A model generated the notes under the pieces. The model did no database searches. It was not told the DNA's origin and saw only the letters and a program-made list of their open reading frames with translations. This document shows, piece after piece, positions 38,308-47,606 of a DNA stretch of 64,000 nt. Where the stretch lies: contig CAYMRP010000002.1 in the NCBI GenBank assembly GCA_964392925.1, positions 72,759 through 136,758 of the forward strand, given 5' to 3'. The translations under genes and the position numbers were made by a program. The stretch is from an uncultured Gammaproteobacteria bacterium (GTDB lineage: Bacteria; Patescibacteriota; Microgenomatia; Daviesbacterales; UBA10151). Position 1 is the stretch's first letter; the number at the start of each line of letters is the position of its first letter.

Positions 38308-39767
38308 GTAAACGGAGTATCTTTATGTAGCTTAATCATCCCTCCCCAATCAACTAATGTAAAACCTTTTCTTCTCGGAGTAATAATTTCCGGCTGTTTT
38401 ACAATTTTAGGTTCTTCCAAAGGTTCGAAAAATAAACTAAAGCGAATCGACGTATCAGGAGTTGGAATCACTTCAAGTCTTTCCAAGTAATCTCTCTGAT
38501 TTTTATCAATTAGCCCCACAAAATAATATTGTGATTCTGGCAAAGTCTTCAGCCAATACTCTTCGAAATCCTGCTTCTCTTTTGCATTAAGTCCCAACTT
38601 AGGTAAAATATCATTAAATAATTCCTCCATCTCCCCTGACTCTTGACCCCTCACCACCCAACCTTTTTTTGGCTTTTTCAAGACGTTATCTAAAAGTTTT
38701 GATTCATAATATAAATAACCAGCCCTAATTGGTGACGAGTTATTATTATTTATTAACTTGCCGTCTGGAAATGCAGTCACGGTCCAACCTTTCGTTTTAT
38801 CATAAAAAGGATCTGTATATCCGAGCTCTCCTTGAGGGTACACTTTGACGTTAACTAATTGCTGCTGCCTCGGATAAAGATATACAGCGGGCTTACAATG
38901 GGCATACATGCCAGCCTGGCCTGAAAAAATAAACCACTCTAATTGAAGCTGATCTTTACCAGGACTCTTATCCTGTTCGGGGGAAATCACCGAACCATTC
39001 ATTGGAGAATCAGGATCAATACAGTGAAACAGATCATCTGTGTTATAACCCTTAACATTATCTGGAGTTTCAAACATGGTCTTATCCTGATACATGTCAA
39101 CCAACAAATATATATGTTGCCCATAATTCATTTGAATCGGTTTTCCATCTGGTCCTAGATGTACAAAAAATAAGAATCCTTCAGTTCGAAGTGTCAATAT
39201 CTTGCTGTATTCCCCAGTCCTTAATGTTGCCGGCGCTACCAACTCCACCTCACCCGTCTCATTAGGGAAATAAACCTCAAAACCCGGCTGATTTGCTTTA
39301 TCATATTTAAGAGTGTGTCTCGTGTCGGCATGTCGACCTAGCACCTCTTCAGATGCAATAATTGGCCATTTAACTATTTGAGGAGGAAGCGGGCCCGGTC
39401 TACCCATCCAGTCTGGATAACCCATCACATAATTTGGGTCATTAGACTTAGTAAATATAGGTACGTTTTTTCTTATAGGAACATACTCAACCGGCGCAGC
39501 TGACTCATCCCAACCTCCTTTATGCCCCATTCTAGACATGCCCAGGTTAATAATGGGAGGCAGCATAACTGACTCTCCAGATCCTGGCTCAACAGCTGTT
39601 CCAACCCTACAATCAACAATCTCTTTATTCAGCGGAACTTTCCAGGGGTAAATTATCAGACTAAGCATTAGCATAAATGCCACTACAGTTAAGCCTATAT
39701 AACCTTTTTGAGTATGGAGCAGAGTATTCATTATATTAATATATCTCAACTCCACTTGCTTTGTCAT
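38295..39767 (-). CDS. hypothetical secreted/membrane-anchored protein, paralog B
   Basis: 490 aa; N-terminal TM; shares conserved C-terminal domain (QLQLEWFI...CKPAVYLYP...GYLYYES...) with paralog A. Confidence 0.6.
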   Translation of the reverse strand: MTKQVELRYINIMNTLLHTQKGYIGLTVVAFMLMLSLIIYPWKVPLNKEIVDCRVGTAVEPGSGESVMLPPIINLGMSRMGHKGGWDESAAPVEYVPIRKNVPIFTKSNDPNYVMGYPDWMGRPGPLPPQIVKWPIIASEEVLGRHADTRHTLKYDKANQPGFEVYFPNETGEVELVAPATLRTGEYSKILTLRTEGFLFFVHLGPDGKPIQMNYGQHIYLLVDMYQDKTMFETPDNVKGYNTDDLFHCIDPDSPMNGSVISPEQDKSPGKDQLQLEWFIFSGQAGMYAHCKPAVYLYPRQQQLVNVKVYPQGELGYTDPFYDKTKGWTVTAFPDGKLINNNNSSPIRAGYLYYESKLLDNVLKKPKKGWVVRGQESGEMEELFNDILPKLGLNAKEKQDFEEYWLKTLPESQYYFVGLIDKNQRDYLERLEVIPTPDTSIRFSLFFEPLEEPKIVKQPEIITPRRKGFTLVDWGGMIKLHKDTPFTCSQ

Positions 39768-39802
39768 GTCAATCTCATTAGAATTTTAGTCGCCCATAAA
39801 AA

Positions 39803-41917
39803 ATGATCAATAAACTCCTAACTTTTTGCTTTTATTTATTATTCCTGATTACCCCTCTACTTTTTACCTCCGCCACCTCCGAACTTTTTGAATACAACAA
39901 AATGATGTTTGTCTATTCTTTAACTGCAATTACAACCGGACTCTGGGTTTTAAAAATGATCTCTCAAAAAGAGCTTATTTTTAAAAGAACACCGCTGGAT
40001 ATCCCACTTGCACTTTTTTTACTTAGTCAAATCCTGTCAACCATTTTCTCAATTGATCCCCATACTTCTATTTGGGGTTATTACTCACGCTCAAATGGGG
40101 GACTGCTTTCTGTAATTTCATACATACTTCTCTACTATGTTTTTGTCTCTAATTTTAATAAAGAAACTGTTATTAAATTATTAAAAACTGCTATTTTTGG
40201 CGGAGTAGCAGCCTCTATTTATGCTATCCCTGAGCATTTCGGAATTTCCCCTTCCTGTATTATTCTCACTAACGAATTTACTGCCTCCTGCTGGGTCCAA
40301 GATGTTCAGGCCAGAGTATTTGGCACAATAGGTCAGCCTAATTGGTTGGCAGCACTTTTGGCTATGTTAATCTTCCCGGCTCTTTATTTTCTGCTTACCG
40401 CCCAATCGTTTAAATCCAAATCAATATATCTAATCTCCCTAATTGCAATGTATTTGGCTTTTACATTTACCTATTCCAGAGGCGCAACTTTAGGCTTAAT
40501 CGGTGGTTTTGGGGTTTTTGGTTTATCCCTTTTCATTAAATACTTCTACACTAAAAAAATTGTTGAAATAAAACTTCTGGCCATTGTTGCTATAAGTTTC
40601 GTTCTAATCAATTTATTTTTTGGCTCAGCCATCACCCGCTTTAAATTATTTGCCGAACCAGCCATTCCTTCCAGGCCGGAAATTGCTCAAAGTTCGGGCA
40701 CTCAACTCGAAAATGGTGGTACCGAATCCGGCCAAATCCGTCTGATTGTTTGGGAAGGTGCACTCGAAATATTCAAAGCTTATCCGATATTAGGCTCAGG
40801 AGTTGAAACTTTTGCTTACTCTTACTACCAATTCCGCCCAAATGCTCACAATATGGTTTCCGAGTGGGACTTTCTATACAACAAAGCTCACAACGAATAC
40901 CTTAATTATTTAGCTACGACTGGTATCGTTGGTTTCGTTTCTTATCTCTCGGTAATTCTTACATTCATTATTTTTTGCATTAGATCCTACATTATAAGTT
41001 TTAGAAATAAGCCTTCCCATAATACATATCCTTCGCTTCTAATCCCCACCCTTCTGGCCGGTTATACTACATATCTCATCCAAAACTTTTTCCTTTTTTC
41101 AGTCGTTAACGTTTCAGTTCTTTTTTATCTATTTCCTGCCTTTATTTTTGTTTATCTGGACGATGCCAAATCCTTATCTGAATCAAACATGATTCAAAAA
41201 ACTCTTCGTAAACTATTCCAAGTCATTAATAAGAAAGGTCTTTCTAAAACAATTGTTCAGGGGTTAGTTACGTTAATCACCATCGTGGTCTTAATATCTA
41301 TTTTTAATTTATGGGAAGCTGATACCCTTTACAAAAAGGGCTCTGACTACAATGATTTAAATAATCCTGGCCGGGCATATTCCTATTTAATTCAGGCAGT
41401 CAAACTAAATCCCAGCGAACCCCTATACCTTTCAGAACTAGGAAATGCCGCAGCCTCATCTTCAATTGCTTTGGCCCAAGAAGATTCAACAACTTCAGCT
41501 GAATTGAAAGATGATGCTCAATTCTTTACCGATCTGGCCCTTTCAATCAGCCCCGTCAACACTACAATTAACCGGACTGCCATCCGCACTTATTTTTCTC
41601 TGGCACTTGTCGATCCGGCTCTAGAAGAAAAAACAATTGGGGTAGTCGATAAATCTATCGCCCTTTCACCAACCGACCCTAAGCTTTTACATAACAAAGG
41701 AATTATTCTCTCCCAGTTCAATAGAATAAAAGAAGCCACAGCCAGCATCCAAGAAGCTATCAAACTCAAACCAAATTACCGCGATGCCCGTCTGAGCTTA
41801 GCTGATTTATATATAAAAAATAATCAGCCAGATTTAGCAGAGACTGAGCTAAATGCTGTTTTAAAACAAATCCCCGGCGATCCAGATGCCTTAAAATTCC
41901 TGGAGCAAATTAAATAA
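39803..41917 (+). CDS. O-antigen ligase-like polytopic membrane protein fused to C-terminal TPR repeats
   Basis: 704 aa; ~12 TM helices with Wzy_C-like loop, then TPR-like repeats (residues ~500-700). Confidence 0.7.
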   Translation: MINKLLTFCFYLLFLITPLLFTSATSELFEYNKMMFVYSLTAITTGLWVLKMISQKELIFKRTPLDIPLALFLLSQILSTIFSIDPHTSIWGYYSRSNGGLLSVISYILLYYVFVSNFNKETVIKLLKTAIFGGVAASIYAIPEHFGISPSCIILTNEFTASCWVQDVQARVFGTIGQPNWLAALLAMLIFPALYFLLTAQSFKSKSIYLISLIAMYLAFTFTYSRGATLGLIGGFGVFGLSLFIKYFYTKKIVEIKLLAIVAISFVLINLFFGSAITRFKLFAEPAIPSRPEIAQSSGTQLENGGTESGQIRLIVWEGALEIFKAYPILGSGVETFAYSYYQFRPNAHNMVSEWDFLYNKAHNEYLNYLATTGIVGFVSYLSVILTFIIFCIRSYIISFRNKPSHNTYPSLLIPTLLAGYTTYLIQNFFLFSVVNVSVLFYLFPAFIFVYLDDAKSLSESNMIQKTLRKLFQVINKKGLSKTIVQGLVTLITIVVLISIFNLWEADTLYKKGSDYNDLNNPGRAYSYLIQAVKLNPSEPLYLSELGNAAASSSIALAQEDSTTSAELKDDAQFFTDLALSISPVNTTINRTAIRTYFSLALVDPALEEKTIGVVDKSIALSPTDPKLLHNKGIILSQFNRIKEATASIQEAIKLKPNYRDARLSLADLYIKNNQPDLAETELNAVLKQIPGDPDALKFLEQIK

Positions 41918-41932
41918 TTTTTCACTAGCATT

Positions 41933-42190
41933 ATGAAACCTATCTCAGATTCATTAGATAAATTTAAAGATGTTAAACGCTCCTCAAACAATTCCACCGA
42001 ATTCCAAATGTATGGCGTATATTTGGCCGATACCCTTGGCGACACCAAGCATTATTCGCTTTACATCAAAATGGCCAAAACCATGCCCCGCCAAATTCTT
42101 GAAAGCGCTCTAAGTTATGTCAAAGACTACCCTAACGCCAAATCTAAAGGAAAACTATTTATGTGGAAGGTTAAGGAACTAAGGAAATAG
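41933..42190 (+). CDS. hypothetical small protein
   Basis: 85-aa ORF; its 3' end is partially duplicated downstream. Confidence 0.35.
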   Translation: MKPISDSLDKFKDVKRSSNNSTEFQMYGVYLADTLGDTKHYSLYIKMAKTMPRQILESALSYVKDYPNAKSKGKLFMWKVKELRK

Positions 42191-42300
42191 GGTCTTTACC
42201 TTTCGCGAAGCGGAAGGCAAGGTTCTTCGAAGTGAGCAGTAAAATGCGAAGCTACTGCGAACAAGAAGGTTCTTATGTGGAAGGTTAAAGAAATGAAAAA
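42160..42300. repeat. degenerate duplication of the 3' end of the preceding ORF plus short internal repeats
   Basis: tatgtggaaggttaaggaactaaggaaatag recurs as tatgtggaaggttaaagaaatgaaaaaag; aaggttctt and cgaag repeated. Confidence 0.6.
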
Positions 42301-42367
42301 AGAACTTAAAGAAACTCCTAAAACTTAGCAATATTTTTTTCAGAATTAAAATGTTAAAATCTCACCC

Positions 42368-42886
42368 ATGCAGTTAGTAATCGCGCCTGATAATAAATTA
42401 CGAGTCAAAACCAAAGCCGTAAAAAAATTCTCACCCCGTTATCACCAAATCATCAAAGATATGATCAAACTGACCAAAACTTTCGTTGATCCAGAAGGTG
42501 TAGGTCTAGCTTCAACTCAGGTTGGACTTGATGAGCAATTTTTCGTTGCCAAAATGGATGACGAATCTTTCAGAGCTTTCTTTAATCCAAAGATAATAAA
42601 ATCGTCAACCGCTGTTAAAGTTTACACCGAAGGTTGCCTTTCTATCCCAAATTACTGGGGCGAAGTGACTCGCCATTTATGGGTTGATGTCGAGTATCAA
42701 GACTTATCCGGTCAAACAGTAACCGAGCGTTTAAAAGGCCTTACAGCTCATATTTATCAGCACGAAGTAGACCACTTAAACGGTAAATTATTTATGGATC
42801 ACATTTTAGAAGAAAAATCCAAATTATATAAAGTAGTCGGTAAAGACAAAACCGGAGCCGATATATACGAACAAGTTCCTCTATAG
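42368..42886 (+). CDS. def: peptide deformylase
   Basis: 172 aa; EGCLSIP and HEVDHLNG metal-binding motifs. Confidence 0.9.
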   Translation: MQLVIAPDNKLRVKTKAVKKFSPRYHQIIKDMIKLTKTFVDPEGVGLASTQVGLDEQFFVAKMDDESFRAFFNPKIIKSSTAVKVYTEGCLSIPNYWGEVTRHLWVDVEYQDLSGQTVTERLKGLTAHIYQHEVDHLNGKLFMDHILEEKSKLYKVVGKDKTGADIYEQVPL

Positions 42887-42958
42887 TTATTTTTCGAACG
42901 CAGTGAGAAAATACAACAAGTAAAAAGTGTTTTCTCGCACATTCGAAGGATAAACAAC

Positions 42959-43720
42959 ATGGATTCTAAATCGAAAATAATTTTCCTCGGCACTCCCGAT
43001 TACCTTAATCCAATAATTAAGTCCTTAGATGAGAATTTTGATTTAGTTAAAATTATCAGAAAAACCAGCGACCTAAACAACGAAACAATAGAACAATTTA
43101 ACAATTTAAAACCTGATCTTCTAGTTGTTGCTTCTTTTGGCAAAATCATTCCCCAGGAAATATTAAACATTCCTAAACTTGGAGCCATTAATATTCACCC
43201 TTCAAAACTCCCGCTTTACCGAGGACCTTCACCAATTCAGTCTCAAATTATAGATGAAGTAACCGATTCAGCAATCAGCTTTATTTTAATGGACCAGGAA
43301 ATGGATCACGGCCCATTAATTTACCAGGAACCTTTTGAAATCAAACAAGACGATACTTTTGAATCTCTTTTAACTTCAATGTTTCAAAAATCAGCAGATA
43401 TTCTACCGATCGTAATCCAAAGTCTTGCAGACAATAAATTATCTCCAATTGATCAAAACCATGATGAAGCTACTTTTTGCAAAGAAATTCAAAAAGAGGA
43501 TGGTTACTTTGATATCGAAAATCCTCCGGCGTTAGAAGTCTTAAATAAAATGATCAGAGCCTATTATCCTTGGCCCGGAACCTGGACAAAATGGAACAAC
43601 AAAATAGTAAAACTACTGCCAGAAGGCAAAATCCAAATGGAAGGCAAAAGTCCGACCGATTTAAAATCATTTCTCAATGGCTACCCGACATTCCCCCTAA
43701 AATCCTTAATTGCTGAGTAG
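42959..43720 (+). CDS. fmt: methionyl-tRNA formyltransferase (short form)
   Basis: 253 aa; formyltransferase N-domain (NIHPSKLPLYRGPSP), def-fmt synteny. Confidence 0.8.
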   Translation: MDSKSKIIFLGTPDYLNPIIKSLDENFDLVKIIRKTSDLNNETIEQFNNLKPDLLVVASFGKIIPQEILNIPKLGAINIHPSKLPLYRGPSPIQSQIIDEVTDSAISFILMDQEMDHGPLIYQEPFEIKQDDTFESLLTSMFQKSADILPIVIQSLADNKLSPIDQNHDEATFCKEIQKEDGYFDIENPPALEVLNKMIRAYYPWPGTWTKWNNKIVKLLPEGKIQMEGKSPTDLKSFLNGYPTFPLKSLIAE

Positions 43721-43764
43721 CCCTATAGTTTGATTTAGGCACAATAATAGTCTATAATACCCAC

Positions 43765-44994
43765 ATGCCCATACTAGAACGTAGACGCTTCATAGCCCTC
43801 CTTGCCGGAGCCTCAGCAGGAACAGCCATCGCTTTAACAGAAAGTAACCCTTCAATAGCCTTGGCTAGCCCCTTAAAATCTGAAGCTTTCCAACCTCAGA
43901 TCATAACTCCCCCTGCACATATACACACCTTTAATCCTCTTCTCCGTTTACAACAAACCTCAACAGACCTGGCAGCTCGGCCCTTAAACACCCAACAAGC
44001 AGACATGCTCTTAAATCAACTCGCAGACTGGAACGTCACCAGAACTGACGGCATACTAACCGACCCATCATTACTTTCAAATACTTACTTATTAACAAAT
44101 GGTCCAGAAACCACTACTAAACCTCCATATGATAAAAACTCCGACCCTTTAAAACATCCAGTCATACAAGATTTTTATACCAGATATCCCGACTATCAAT
44201 ATTCAGTGGAATCAGCAGAAAGACTTCTTTTTCTTTATTACACACCTGCGCTTGGAGCAACTCCAAATTCTGGGACCAGAGAATCGATTATTAATCTTGA
44301 TGCAACAAATAGGCCCCAGATCAACCCTCAAAGAAGAGGGGCTCTATTATTTCAATACCACGGAGTTGAGGCCGATCCAATAAAAACGACTGCTACTCCT
44401 CCAATCGTCCTTTTATCTACCGGACAGCATGAATGGGTTCATCAAGATAATTGGGGAATCAAAAAACCTCTGGACCAAGATTTAATAACCTTCTTAGAAC
44501 ACGACTATAAAGGAAAATCAAAACCCACTTTCGCCGGGAGCCAGGATAATTTTGCGGTCAATTACACTCTAACCAACGAAGACGGCGCTCAGATTCCTAG
44601 TTATAGTGTTAAATTCAATGAACTAATAACTGACTTTCTAAGCTCTGAAGTATTTAGACAAGCAGGTCTCCCTTTCTTCACAGGTTACGATCTCAAACCT
44701 ACAGACTATTTCAATATTCTAAGAATTATGGATCAATCAGGACTTAATCTGCAGACTCTGAATCAGATGTATAAACATGCGCGGCTAACCGATTTCTATC
44801 TTGCGATAGCTTCTGGAGCAGAAGCAGATGGTAAAAAAACCTTTTCAGAATCAAACAATAACAGAGATAAAATAGCTTTTGCCACAAAAATTATGCCCTG
44901 GTGGGATTTTCCGGATTGGAATCCAACTCCAAACGATCCTAGAAAATTAGACCCAACTGTTTATTACAGAGGTTTAGTAAAAGCAACAGCGTAA
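43765..44994 (+). CDS. hypothetical Tat-secreted protein
   Basis: 409 aa; twin-arginine signal ERRRFIALLAGASAGTAIA; TATAAT 6 nt upstream of ATG (leaderless). Confidence 0.55.
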   Translation: MPILERRRFIALLAGASAGTAIALTESNPSIALASPLKSEAFQPQIITPPAHIHTFNPLLRLQQTSTDLAARPLNTQQADMLLNQLADWNVTRTDGILTDPSLLSNTYLLTNGPETTTKPPYDKNSDPLKHPVIQDFYTRYPDYQYSVESAERLLFLYYTPALGATPNSGTRESIINLDATNRPQINPQRRGALLFQYHGVEADPIKTTATPPIVLLSTGQHEWVHQDNWGIKKPLDQDLITFLEHDYKGKSKPTFAGSQDNFAVNYTLTNEDGAQIPSYSVKFNELITDFLSSEVFRQAGLPFFTGYDLKPTDYFNILRIMDQSGLNLQTLNQMYKHARLTDFYLAIASGAEADGKKTFSESNNNRDKIAFATKIMPWWDFPDWNPTPNDPRKLDPTVYYRGLVKATA

Positions 44995-45004
44995 GAAATA
45001 GAGA

Positions 45005-45253
45005 TTATGCAGCAACAGGAGCTTCAGCTTTGCTTCCAGAGGAAGGGCGTATTGGAGCTACCCAAACAGGTTTAACAATTCTCAAACATTTTGTGCAGTA
45101 CTTATTACCTTTATAAGCGTGAAGATTTGGTTTCTGAACATTCTTATGGATTTGAGCTCGTAATGGCCACTCAGAAGCACCGGACGAACCTTTCTGATGT
45201 CTTGACCATGATCTTATTGTTGAACCTTTAGTGCAAAGCGTACAAACTGCCAT
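45005..45253 (-). CDS. rpmB: 50S ribosomal protein L28 (with C-terminal extension)
   Basis: MAVCTLCTKGSTIRSWSRHQKG...PNLHAYKG matches L28; probable start 45251-45253. Confidence 0.7.
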   Translation of the reverse strand: MAVCTLCTKGSTIRSWSRHQKGSSGASEWPLRAQIHKNVQKPNLHAYKGNKYCTKCLRIVKPVWVAPIRPSSGSKAEAPVAA

Positions 45254-45315
45254 AATAACTACTTCCCTTTCAAGTCGTGATAGAATAACATAATTCAAAT
45301 TAAAATTCCATACCT

Positions 45316-45960
45316 ATGGCCGAGATCGTAGCCTTATCAATAGTCATCTTAATATTCTCCGTTATCGTCCATGAAGTCATGCACGGATACGTCGCTTTAA
45401 TGTTTGGCGATCACACCGCAGAAAGGGCCGGCAGACTAACCCTAAATCCCATTCCTCATATCGACCCAATAGGCACAATTCTTCTACCAGGAGTTCTTTT
45501 GTTAATCCCACTTCTAACTGGAACTTCTCCAGGCTTTCTTATTGGTTGGGCTAAACCAGTTCCAGTTAATCCTTTAAACTTCCGCGAGCTTAGAAAAGGT
45601 GAAATTATGGTTTCATTAGCCGGAGTCTTTTCTAACTTCGGTCTAGCTCTGGCCTTCGCAGTTTTATATCACATTGCTACCGCCTTTTTCCCAAACACTC
45701 TCGCCCTTCAGGTATTTGAGTTTGGTGTCCAAATTAATTTAGTTTTAGCCATTTTTAACTTACTGCCGATCCCTCCTTTAGACGGATCAAAAGTTTTAAT
45801 CGCTCTTCTTCCTTACGAAGCTGCTAAAAGATTCGAAGCGATTTCCTTCCAGTATGGCTTCTTTATAATCCTGCTCCTTTTATACCTTGATATCATCGGT
45901 ACAATTATGGGATTTATCATTCCTCCACTCAAAATGATACTCGGTTTACCTCCTTTTTAG
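45316..45960 (+). CDS. M50-family (site-2 protease-like) membrane metalloprotease
   Basis: 214 aa; HEVMHGYVA (HExxH) in TM1, LDGSK motif in later TM. Confidence 0.75.
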   Translation: MAEIVALSIVILIFSVIVHEVMHGYVALMFGDHTAERAGRLTLNPIPHIDPIGTILLPGVLLLIPLLTGTSPGFLIGWAKPVPVNPLNFRELRKGEIMVSLAGVFSNFGLALAFAVLYHIATAFFPNTLALQVFEFGVQINLVLAIFNLLPIPPLDGSKVLIALLPYEAAKRFEAISFQYGFFIILLLLYLDIIGTIMGFIIPPLKMILGLPPF

Positions 45961-46364
45961 GCACAAATTAAGCCGTTTAACCCCCTGTATAGATCCTTCC
46001 TTAATTTGACACAAATCGCCCTTTTTGGTAACTTTAGGGAGTTCCTTTAAAAAGAACGTAGGCTCAAAAAGCCTTCCCCGCAAGGGAATTTGCCTACTTC
46101 GCACGTTTACTTCTTAAGTTGCATTTTTCTCCACATTTTGCAACCTGATAAGGGATTTCTGCCTTAAACAGCAGGATATTGTTCTCGTATTTGAGATCCT
46201 TGGATCAAAAGATCAGAACTCCCATCTTAAAATTTATCGGGGGAAAACGCTTAAGACCACGGCTAAGTAGGCAGAAATTATTAATATTGATAGAATAAAC
46301 TAGTCACTTCATTGCGGCTAGTTTTTTGTTTTTAAAGGACAGAACAATTAATTTCAAATAATTG

Positions 46365-46436
46365 AGCCGACAATGGGAATCGGACCCATGACCCCGTTCT
46401 TACCAAGAACGTGCTCTACCACTGAGCCATGTCGGC
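46365..46436 (-). tRNA. tRNA-Thr (anticodon GGU)
   Basis: GCCGACATGGCTCAGTGGTAGAGCACGTTCTTGGTAAGAACGGGGTCATGGGTCCGATTCCCATTGTCGGCT; cloverleaf with 7-bp acceptor, anticodon loop UUGGUAA. Confidence 0.85.
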
Positions 46437-46440
46437 AAAC

Positions 46441-46489
46441 TACAAACTGGCGATGTGGCAAGCTCTGCTTACCACTGAGCCATGTCGGC
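46441..46489 (-). pseudogene. truncated tRNA 5' fragment (acceptor + D-arm only), repeat of tRNA-Thr 5' half
   Basis: GCCGACATGGCTCAGTGGTAAGCAGAGC... then no anticodon/T arms. Confidence 0.6.
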
Positions 46490-46499
46490 AAAAAACAAT

Positions 46500-46623
46500 C
46501 TAAACCGCGAGTGAACGTACTCTTCCAGGGATAAATTATTTCTAGTCTGTCGCTTTGCGACATTGTATGTAATTATCCCGTTAAAGCAGGGTTTCCTGCT
46601 TTAACCCACTGAGCCATGTCGGC
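46500..46623 (-). ncRNA. structured non-coding region beginning with a third tRNA-Thr 5' fragment
   Basis: GCCGACATGGCTCAGTGGG followed by 10-bp hairpin TTAAAGCAGG/CCTGCTTTAA, GTCGCAAAGCGAC hairpin, GGGATAAtTa...tAATTTATCCC inverted repeat and T6; directly downstream of the HNH gene. Confidence 0.35.
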
Positions 46624-46653
46624 AATCAAAACATGGAGAATTGTACCAAATTC

Positions 46654-47058
46654 TCACGATTTAATATATTTGTTCTTTCGCCATTCACGTCCTCGTCCTT
46701 TATTCAAATTTCTAAAATTGACAGTTAGTGCATGGCAGTTGGGACATAACAATCTTAAATTACTCTCAATACTATTCTCACCATTACCATCTATATGATC
46801 AATCTCTAGTGGTACTCTCAAAGTAATCTGATGCTTTTGATTCCAACCACAGCTGGAACACACTTCTCCAAATTTCTCAATTAAATAACGCTTGATATGT
46901 TGAGAAATATTTCTGGTATTAATTCCACGGCTACCATCCTTTTCTCCTCTTAGCCAAGCTTTTATGTAAGTTTTATATTGGCTTATGGCCTGACATCTAT
47001 TCGAACAATACTTAGAAGATCTTTTTAACTTTGCTGCACACTCAATACAGTTCTGCAT
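46654..47058 (-). CDS. HNH endonuclease with N-terminal zinc-ribbon
   Basis: 134 aa; CIECAAKL...YCSNRC zinc ribbon, HNH core EIDHIDGNGENSIESNLRLLCPNCHA. Confidence 0.8.
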   Translation of the reverse strand: MQNCIECAAKLKRSSKYCSNRCQAISQYKTYIKAWLRGEKDGSRGINTRNISQHIKRYLIEKFGEVCSSCGWNQKHQITLRVPLEIDHIDGNGENSIESNLRLLCPNCHALTVNFRNLNKGRGREWRKNKYIKS

Positions 47059-47111
47059 AATAACATTAAACCAGTTGTCGTATTACAACTGGTTTAACAA
47101 ATAAAAAAAGG

Positions 47112-47184
47112 AGCCGACAGCTGGATTCGAACCTGCGACCCATGCTTTACAAAAGCATTGCTCTAACCACTGAGCCATGTCGGC
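47112..47184 (-). tRNA. tRNA-Thr (anticodon UGU)
   Basis: GCCGACATGGCTCAGTGGTTAGAGCAATGCTTTTGTAAAGCATGGGTCGCAGGTTCGAATCCAGCTGTCGGCT; first 20 nt identical to tRNA-Thr(GGU). Confidence 0.85.
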
Positions 47185-47287
47185 TTTAAGTGTAAATTCT
47201 AACAAAAACAACCAATTAAAGAAAGTTTCTACTTAAATAACTCTATCGTTGCAAATATATCCTCATTTGATGTAAAATTCCCAAGTT

Positions 47288-47458
47288 ATGGCAAAGAAAG
47301 ACGCAAGAGCAGCTATTGGTTTAGGATGTACTGAATGCAAATCCAGAAATTATATAACTGAAAAGAATTCAACTAACACCAAAGAAAAATTATCTATTAA
47401 TAAATACTGCAAAAAATGCAGAAAAGCTACCCTGCACGAAGAGTATAAGCTTAAATAG
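47288..47458 (+). CDS. rpmG: 50S ribosomal protein L33
   Basis: 56-aa ORF (below 60-aa ORF-track cutoff): MAKKDARAAIGLGCTECKSRNYITEKN...KYCKKCRKATLHEEYKLK, zinc-ribbon L33. Confidence 0.8.
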   Translation: MAKKDARAAIGLGCTECKSRNYITEKNSTNTKEKLSINKYCKKCRKATLHEEYKLK

Positions 47459-47606
47459 AATTTAAGCTTGCAGCTTTGCTTAAAGCTCAAGTAAACTTGA
47501 TCTTGCGGCTTCGCCTAAAACTCAAATCTTCATCATGCATATTCCTAGAAACTAAATATCTACTCTTTCCTTTACAACTCCTCCAAAATTCGTATATAGT
47601 GAGATC

